From positions 1 through 64,000 of the IMG/VR virus record IMGVR_UViG_3300044614_000614: a stretch of 64,000 nucleotides of DNA; one strand, written 5' to 3'. This DNA comes from an uncultured virus (IMG/VR IMGVR_UViG_3300044614_000614) (Duplodnaviria > Heunggongvirae > Uroviricota > Caudoviricetes). Made by a program: the position numbers and the translations under genes. This document shows, piece after piece, positions 57,438 through 64,000 of the stretch. The notes beneath the pieces were generated by a model. It was not told the origin of the DNA. It saw only the letters and a list, made by a program, of their open reading frames with translations, and made no database searches. How positions within the stretch are numbered: the first letter of the stretch is position 1; every line of letters begins with the position of its first letter.

Positions 57438-58820
57438 TTAAACCTTGATACCTTTGAATTTGTCTCTCTTGTCGTTCGTCTTGTTAGGCATTTGAATTTG
57501 ACCGCTGTCTGCAATATCATTTTGTGCAGAAGCTTCAGCATCATACAGTTTCATTTTAGGTCTATCTACACCAATGACAAATCTCTTGTTAGTTGTCGGA
57601 TCATTGTATCGGTTCTTCAATTGCTTCACCATGATCTGACCTAAGTCTTCAAGTTGCTCAGTGCTGATCAACGCAAACATGAAATCGGCAGTCGCTGGCA
57701 GACCAAATGATTCCGATGTATCTTCAAGACCAACATCTGAATTTGAGTAGCCGCCTCTTGTAGTTTGTGTAGCAGATATAATTGGAACATCAAACTCGAC
57801 TGCAAGACCTCTTAGTTCTTCTGCAATTGCTTTGATGAACGTATAAGAATTAACATTAGGTCCAGCTTTCATTCTAGCAGAGGAACAAATGTTAAGATAG
57901 TCGATATAGATGATATCAGGTTCGAAGCTCTTCTTCAATCTCAGTTCATTTAGCAGAGTTCTGAAATGCTGAGACGAAGCAGATGCAGTAGGATACTCTT
58001 TGATGATCAACTTACCATTGGTCTTGTTCTTGAGAGATGCAACCTTTCTCTCATACAAATCTTTTGGCATCTTCTCTAGATCGTCAACTGCTGTGTTAAG
58101 AAGATTTGCATCAATACGTTCTGCAATTCTTTCTTCTGCCATTTCCATTGTGATGTACAAAACATTCTTACCAATTGTTAGATTGGCAGCAGCAAAGTGA
58201 CACATAGCAAGAGACTTACCGACACCAGTACCGGCAAGAATGATATTCAAAGTCTTCTTGGGCAAACCACCTTTGGTGATCTTGTTGAAGAACTCAAGAT
58301 CAAACGGAATACGTTCTTCTACTCTATGATAGAAATCATATCGCTTTTCTACATCTTGGAAGAAATCATGACCGATATTTGGGTCAAATGAAACTGAGAG
58401 TGCTTCGGTCAATACATGAGGAATAGATCCTTTACCAAGTGTCTTGTTTTGTCCATTCATGATTTCAATGGATAACATCATTGCTTGATAGATTGCCTTC
58501 TCTTGACAGAACGTCTCTGTCTTATCAATCAGCCATTCTTCAGATGTCTCTTCTTTGGATTCGTCAAAGGAAGTTAAGGCACTCTTACATGCCTTAACTT
58601 CTTCTTCGGTAATCTTAACTAGAGAATTGATTTCAATTTCTAGAGCATCAGCAGTAGGTCGTTTGTTATACTTCAGAATGAAGTCATTGATCTGTTCAAA
58701 AAGAACCTTGTCTTCATTCGAAAAGTACTCACTCTTGAGAAATGGTATTACTTTGCGGCAATAGTTTTCATTCCTCAACAAACTCTTCAATATCGTCTTT
58801 TCCAGACTTAGCTGCGACAT
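57438..58820 (-). CDS. gp41: replicative DNA helicase
   Basis: AGTGVGKS, IDYL, SESFGLPATAD, QLKNRY. Confidence 0.96.
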   Translation of the reverse strand: MSQLSLEKTILKSLLRNENYCRKVIPFLKSEYFSNEDKVLFEQINDFILKYNKRPTADALEIEINSLVKITEEEVKACKSALTSFDESKEETSEEWLIDKTETFCQEKAIYQAMMLSIEIMNGQNKTLGKGSIPHVLTEALSVSFDPNIGHDFFQDVEKRYDFYHRVEERIPFDLEFFNKITKGGLPKKTLNIILAGTGVGKSLAMCHFAAANLTIGKNVLYITMEMAEERIAERIDANLLNTAVDDLEKMPKDLYERKVASLKNKTNGKLIIKEYPTASASSQHFRTLLNELRLKKSFEPDIIYIDYLNICSSARMKAGPNVNSYTFIKAIAEELRGLAVEFDVPIISATQTTRGGYSNSDVGLEDTSESFGLPATADFMFALISTEQLEDLGQIMVKQLKNRYNDPTTNKRFVIGVDRPKMKLYDAEASAQNDIADSGQIQMPNKTNDKRDKFKGIKV

Positions 58821-59091
58821 GCTCAGAAACCTCCAAAATCATATGGTTCAAAATCAATCCTGCAAACTCTTCAAACTTTTTGCTTCGTCTGAGATTAGTC
58901 TCTGTATGATTACCCATATCAAGTAGATCATATGAGAATTGCAGAACCGCACTATCGTTTTCCAGTTCCTTAACTGATACTTGTACGTATCGAAGTATAA
59001 CGCCATTCCAAGGCTCAATCAAGATTTCAATAGGGACTGTATCATAGTCCTTCATATCATCACGGAACTTATAGTCTTGACCAATAATCAT
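58768..59091 (-). CDS. gp40-position conserved protein
   Basis: Synteny between uvsX and gp41. Confidence 0.55.
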   Translation of the reverse strand: MIIGQDYKFRDDMKDYDTVPIEILIEPWNGVILRYVQVSVKELENDSAVLQFSYDLLDMGNHTETNLRRSKKFEEFAGLILNHMILEVSEHVAAKSGKDDIEEFVEE

Positions 59092-60137
59092 TCGTCTTCT
59101 CCATCTGCAACATTAGACTTACCATACAAGAATTCATTCTTACATGCTTCATCAATTCGATCAAGAATGTCCTTCGTAAAATACTTCTCAGGATCATTTA
59201 GAATAGCAGATTCAAATGCTTTTGTTCCATCTGGCAATTCATATCGTGTAGATACCTTCTTGATGATGTCAAACTTCTCAGCAAGATCAAGAAGACCATA
59301 ATATGGATCAAGACCATCTGTATAGTCGAGTAGTGTCTCTACTTTCTTATTTTCAATAGTCAGTCGAGCCTTCTTTAGATTTGCGGTGATGATTGCACCA
59401 GTGATCTGATTATCCTTGTCCTTGTCTTTCTTCTTGGACAAGAACAGAATAGTAGATGCAGCATACTCAAGACCAGAACCACCACCCATCTTCTTTGTCG
59501 GCACATATGAACCAACAACATCGTAAACGTGATTGGTCACAATGAGAGGCACCTTAGCCTTACCAAGCTTCAAAGTGAGAACACGGAATGCACCACGCAC
59601 CAACTGAGCACGGGTCATGTCTCGTGTGTCTTTACCATCTGCAATGTCTTGCATTTCTTTATCGGTTGAAAGATTACCAAGTGAGTCGAGAACAAACATC
59701 ATTGGTGGACGATCTTTGCTTGTCTTGTCTTCAATGTACTTGTCGAGGATCTTTACTGCTTGGGTTCTGAACTCTTGGATAGTTGCGACTGGCACAACTG
59801 CAACTCGCTTTGTGTCAATGCCTCTATCTGTAAGCATTTGCTTAGATATAGCAGATTCGGATTCAAAGTAGAAGACGAATCCTGTTTCGTTTTCTCTGAG
59901 GAACTGTCTGACAATGTTGATTGCGTAAAAGGTCTTTCCTGTAGACGGTTCACCAGCGAGTGCTGTGACTTTGTTAGCAGGTAAACCCCCATAGATGCTA
60001 CCAGATAGCAGAGCGTTAAGACTATAGCTGCCAGTGCCAATAAAACCAGTAACATCACCAGCTTCGACTCCTTCATCCGCGATGCCAGCGTATTCATTAT
60101 CAATCTCCTTGAGTAAGGATGTAAACATATTTGACAT
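59088..60137 (-). CDS. uvsX: RecA-like recombinase
   Basis: [21 protein letters not shown]. Confidence 0.95.
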   Translation of the reverse strand: MSNMFTSLLKEIDNEYAGIADEGVEAGDVTGFIGTGSYSLNALLSGSIYGGLPANKVTALAGEPSTGKTFYAINIVRQFLRENETGFVFYFESESAISKQMLTDRGIDTKRVAVVPVATIQEFRTQAVKILDKYIEDKTSKDRPPMMFVLDSLGNLSTDKEMQDIADGKDTRDMTRAQLVRGAFRVLTLKLGKAKVPLIVTNHVYDVVGSYVPTKKMGGGSGLEYAASTILFLSKKKDKDKDNQITGAIITANLKKARLTIENKKVETLLDYTDGLDPYYGLLDLAEKFDIIKKVSTRYELPDGTKAFESAILNDPEKYFTKDILDRIDEACKNEFLYGKSNVADGEDE

Positions 60138-60187
60138 ATTGATTCTCCAATATTATGTTGATGTCACGATTCTCCGTGACGAGGTAT

Positions 60188-60655
60188 TTAGCAGCGAACG
60201 ATATCGTCTTCGCTGCATATCTCACCCATCTGAACTTCAATCGCAATGAGTGTTTCATTCAGGTGAGTATTAGCAATCTTATGAAGAGAAAGCTTTGGCA
60301 CATGAAATGATTCACCCTTCTTCACAGTAAAGATGCTACCATCAACAATGACTTTACCTTCACCCTGCACAATTGTCCAGTGTTCTGAGCGATGCTTATG
60401 ATACTGAAGTGAGATTGCTTGATCAGGTAAAATCTCAAGACGCTTGACCTTGTATCCCTGATCAACATCAAGTACCTGCCACTCACCCCACGGGCGTTTT
60501 ACTGATTCAACATAAGGCATTTTGCGTTCTGCTGCAATCTTTTCCATTATTTTATCAAAGTCTTTGTCTTTATATTCTCTACATCCTGGATCACACTCTT
60601 TGTATAATCCACATGGGCATCCACCACCGTGATCATATTTTGCCATTATATCCAC
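60188..60655 (-). CDS. cupin, mannose-6-phosphate isomerase type II C-terminal-like
   Basis: RPWG..SLQYHKHRSEHW..IEVQ..EDDIVR. Confidence 0.85.
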   Translation of the reverse strand: MDIMAKYDHGGGCPCGLYKECDPGCREYKDKDFDKIMEKIAAERKMPYVESVKRPWGEWQVLDVDQGYKVKRLEILPDQAISLQYHKHRSEHWTIVQGEGKVIVDGSIFTVKKGESFHVPKLSLHKIANTHLNETLIAIEVQMGEICSEDDIVRC

Positions 60656-61185
60656 CTCAATTTAGGTTCACCTTTATATTCATTATTGAAAACAAACCAT
60701 GCGAAGGCAAGCATCCCACCACCTCCATTAAATCCGACACGATTACCGAATACATACACATATTCTAAAACATTCAAAGAGAAAAGTCTATCTCGTCTTT
60801 CTTTGCCTTCAAGAAAACTTAGCTTGTTGAACATAGCAACTTTCTTCTCAGCCAAGTTTAAAGCATGAAGGGTGAACTTGGTTCCGATCTTGAAAGGGGG
60901 ATTGGTAATGATGTTGTCAGTTTTTCTATGACTATACATAAAATCAAAGTGTGCATCACCATATCCTCGGTCAATCAGATCCGTTGCGTATATATGATTG
61001 TATCCGTAACGCTGCAATCTCTTACAGATGGCACCATCACCACATGCTGGTTCCCAAATCTCACCAGAAAACTTTTCGCGGTCCAGAAGGGCATCAATAG
61101 CCCAATCTGGAGTCGCGTAGAAGTCATCTTTCTTCCGGTTAGGATTGCCTGAACCAGCAAGTCTTGTAAATTGTTCCAAACTCAT
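60646..61185 (-). CDS. DNA amino-methyltransferase
   Basis: DFYATP, EPACGDG, TNPPF. Confidence 0.85.
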   Translation of the reverse strand: MSLEQFTRLAGSGNPNRKKDDFYATPDWAIDALLDREKFSGEIWEPACGDGAICKRLQRYGYNHIYATDLIDRGYGDAHFDFMYSHRKTDNIITNPPFKIGTKFTLHALNLAEKKVAMFNKLSFLEGKERRDRLFSLNVLEYVYVFGNRVGFNGGGGMLAFAWFVFNNEYKGEPKLRWI

Positions 61186-63746
61186 GAGAAGAAATCTTCA
61201 AGTGAACTGACATGTTCTGTTTTCCAATTGATACTGTCGAGAATGATTTTGAGAGGTTCAAGAAATGATTTCTCAAATTGTAAATCATAGTCTACATACT
61301 TCTCTATATCAAGCTCTTTTGGCACAATCGTAGGAAACGAAATGACATTAGACTGAATTGTGTTTGGTTCTTTAAGATAAAGAAACTTGATCTTTTCACC
61401 TTCCATGATCATCGGATAATTCTTGTCTAGTTTCTTGCGCTTGATCAGATCATTATACATCAATGAACCACGAACGTGAATAGGTGTGCCTTTACCAAAG
61501 ATAGATTTAGCATCAGCGAACTTACCAAGTCCATTCACACCACGAGGAAATGCAATATCAGATATTGACTGTCGTCTAAACTCTTGTCGATAAGTTTCAA
61601 TCATATCAATCATATCATCTTCGGACTTGTTCAGTACAATATCAATAGCTTCCCACATGATCTTGCGGCAGTATGCTGGCGTTGAAGACTTGATCATCTC
61701 AAGACCCATCACCTTTACCTTAGGCTTTGCATACTCAACACCTTCGTTGTTATAGACATTCATGATGTAACGCTTCTTGGCTGTCCAGATACCTTTGTCA
61801 GCAAGAGCTTCACGCTTCATTTGCATCTTTTGTTCGTAGGCATTAACATACTCAGCAAGCTCAGAGTAAGCTTTGTCAATAAACGGTTGAATGCGATCTT
61901 CACATACCTTGTCCATGAACTTGATGATTTTCTTTGTGTCAGCAGTTGGGTTCTGCTCAACAATAGTCTTGCTGACCAATTTATCAAGTGACAGATAAAT
62001 GCTATCCGTATCTGATGCAATAACATAATCTTCTTTCTCCGTCTTGAGTAGCTTGTTCATATACTCATTTAGCTTATTCTCAATCCAGCGAATAGACAAC
62101 TGACCTGCTGTAGTAATAGCAGACGCTTGTCTCACATCAAAGAAACGAAAGAACTCATTACCTAAAGCACCATAAGCTGAGTTCAGAGAGACCTTCTTCG
62201 CAAGTTGTAGATTATTATACCTTGCAATGCGTTTCTCAATGTCATATCGTTTTGTGGAGTCGGTTTCTTTTTCAAGTTCTTTCTTAGCTTCGATAGCTTT
62301 CTTTTTATATGCGCTACGGTCATTGTACATTGTTTCCATAAGCTCAGGTAAAAAACCATGTCGTTCTTTTGTGAAAAACTGACCATTCGGAGTCAGTGTT
62401 ACATTAGCAGTCTTAAGCACACTAGTTTCAATCTTCTGCTCAAGAAGATTATCAACGTTTACTGTGTTTCGAGTGATAAACTCTCTTAGTGTTCCATCAT
62501 AATGCACCGGCTCAATGATGGTGTCAGGGCTAATGTTCCACTGCATAATGAGATGAGGGTACAGAGAATTGAGATCGAAGCTTGCGACCCACTTATGCAT
62601 ACCAATGAGAGGGTTTTTAACAAATGCACCTTCATACATACTGTCTTTCTGATGTGTGGTGTTCTGAGGAATAACGATCTTCTTCTTTCGAAGATGATTG
62701 AAGATGATGATATCCCACATGCGAACCTGAGTGAACGCATCTTCATAATTTGTTTTGGAGTCATATGCCAAGGTCAAAACAAGTTCAATCAGCTTCAACT
62801 TGTCATCAAGCTTATCGATGAGTTCAACGTCACGAATGTTATACTCAATGAATAGCTGAAAATTGTCACGATATAGTGAGTGAAGATTACCATACTCTTC
62901 ATATGAAAGCTTACGTTCACCCAATTCTACATTAGCAATCGCATCAAGTTTATATGACTCTTGCGACTTACCATTAGGAGCATAACGCTGATACAGATCA
63001 ATATAGTCAAGAGATGCTATACCCAAAATAGAGTATGTCTTAAATTGACGACCTGGACCAAAGTTAACTTGTCTCTCGTTGATAACACCCCAAGGAGAAA
63101 GTCTCTTTGCAGTTGCTTCACCACACAGTTTCGTAATACGGTTTACAAGATATGGAATATCGAAGAACTTGATATTCCAACCAGTGATGATATCGGGATA
63201 ATTCTTGTTATTAGACCAAACATCTAGAAACTTATAGATCAGATCAAATTCATCTCTACACTTCACATATGTAACGTCTTCGCGGTTGTTGATGAAATCA
63301 CCGCAACCGAAAACGTGAAAGCCAAGTTTTGTCTTGATGGTAATAGCAGTGATTGGTTCATTAGCAACATCAGGTTCTGGAAAGCCGTTCTCACTGCCCA
63401 CCTCAATATCGATGTTTGCTACGTTTATATCTGCAATGTCCCAATCGATATGTTCATCAAAGTTATCAGCAATGAACGAATATTCATAACGCTGATTACC
63501 GAAGATTTTAAAACCTTCTACACCCTCATATTGCTTGATGAAATCACGACAGTCACGAATGTTACCTGGCTTGATTTCAGAAACAAATTCACCATGAATA
63601 GTGTGAAACCCTGTATGGGTTTTTGAAGACACATACAGGGTTGGGTTATAATCGATTTTCTTTGTTATACGAAATCCGTTTTCGATGCCACGATACAGGA
63701 TACGTGAGCCGTATACCTGCACATTAGTATAGAATGAATTTGTCAT
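61182..63746 (-). CDS. gp43: family B DNA polymerase
   Basis: DIE, FDLNSLYP, NSAYG, SDTDS, KKRY. Confidence 0.97.
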   Translation of the reverse strand: MTNSFYTNVQVYGSRILYRGIENGFRITKKIDYNPTLYVSSKTHTGFHTIHGEFVSEIKPGNIRDCRDFIKQYEGVEGFKIFGNQRYEYSFIADNFDEHIDWDIADINVANIDIEVGSENGFPEPDVANEPITAITIKTKLGFHVFGCGDFINNREDVTYVKCRDEFDLIYKFLDVWSNNKNYPDIITGWNIKFFDIPYLVNRITKLCGEATAKRLSPWGVINERQVNFGPGRQFKTYSILGIASLDYIDLYQRYAPNGKSQESYKLDAIANVELGERKLSYEEYGNLHSLYRDNFQLFIEYNIRDVELIDKLDDKLKLIELVLTLAYDSKTNYEDAFTQVRMWDIIIFNHLRKKKIVIPQNTTHQKDSMYEGAFVKNPLIGMHKWVASFDLNSLYPHLIMQWNISPDTIIEPVHYDGTLREFITRNTVNVDNLLEQKIETSVLKTANVTLTPNGQFFTKERHGFLPELMETMYNDRSAYKKKAIEAKKELEKETDSTKRYDIEKRIARYNNLQLAKKVSLNSAYGALGNEFFRFFDVRQASAITTAGQLSIRWIENKLNEYMNKLLKTEKEDYVIASDTDSIYLSLDKLVSKTIVEQNPTADTKKIIKFMDKVCEDRIQPFIDKAYSELAEYVNAYEQKMQMKREALADKGIWTAKKRYIMNVYNNEGVEYAKPKVKVMGLEMIKSSTPAYCRKIMWEAIDIVLNKSEDDMIDMIETYRQEFRRQSISDIAFPRGVNGLGKFADAKSIFGKGTPIHVRGSLMYNDLIKRKKLDKNYPMIMEGEKIKFLYLKEPNTIQSNVISFPTIVPKELDIEKYVDYDLQFEKSFLEPLKIILDSINWKTEHVSSLEDFFS

Positions 63747-64000
63747 TATGCTCCAGGAAGAATGAGTTTACTCGAAGGTGCAATGATGCCACCAAAAATA
63801 GAATTGTACTGATTAAGGAAATCAGATACAGGGTTCATTATACAGAGAACATGTACCCTGTCAATCGTGAAGTCTTTATCTTCAGAGAATTCTGCCCATG
63901 GTGCAATACCAACATTTGGTGTGTTTGGATCGACCTTAGATGTGCCAAGTACCACAATGCGGACAGGATTCTTCATCACCAAATTGTCTCTGTCAAAGTG
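63746..64000 (-). CDS. conserved hypothetical protein (5' end outside window)
   Basis: NPVRI..YNSIFGGII. Confidence 0.6.
   Translation of the reverse strand, partial: HFDRDNLVMKNPVRIVVLGTSKVDPNTPNVGIAPWAEFSEDKDFTIDRVHVLCIMNPVSDFLNQYNSIFGGIIAPSSKLILPGA

Noticed and set aside
25117..63746. Introns or inteins in nrdJ, gp61, gp41, uvsX, gp43
   Set aside because: ORFs are continuous and of ordinary length.
1..64000. Genome-wide TAG recoding
   Set aside because: Core genes are intact in the standard code; TAG stops checked at 31520 and 38373 hit another stop soon after without fusing to the next gene.

Overview
A 64-kb segment of a large T4-like myovirus genome, almost entirely minus-strand. The host is probably an alphaproteobacterium: the tmRNA is two-piece and permuted with an ANDNF...LAA tag, and tRNA-His lacks G-1 and has U72/A73. 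Core genes are gp43, uvsX, gp41, gp61, rnh, class II RNR, thyX, glutaredoxin, phoH, a DenV-like glycosylase and RNA ligase 1 with a split PNK. There are also lysis and peptidoglycan genes, Dps and three homing-type endonucleases. About ten late genes start with a T4 capsid-targeting-like peptide; they include three ADP-ribosyltransferase-like proteins, a HipA/PI-kinase-like protein and an orphan HicA. A ~12-kb array (44.3-56.7 kb) holds about 30 tRNAs covering all 20 amino acids, an amber suppressor, non-canonical tRNAs and many structured ncRNA candidates. The most novel signal is a putative translation-surveillance system in that array. (i) A 26-codon leader peptide using 17 amino acids and 21 codons overlaps an antiterminator/terminator switch upstream of most tRNAs. 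(ii) An amber-interrupted uORF ending Pro-Pro-stop, directly behind the suppressor tRNA, abuts a hairpin hiding the next gene's RBS. An HNH gene also fills the excised spacer of the permuted tmRNA. All calls come from reading motifs by eye; no searches or folding programs were run.
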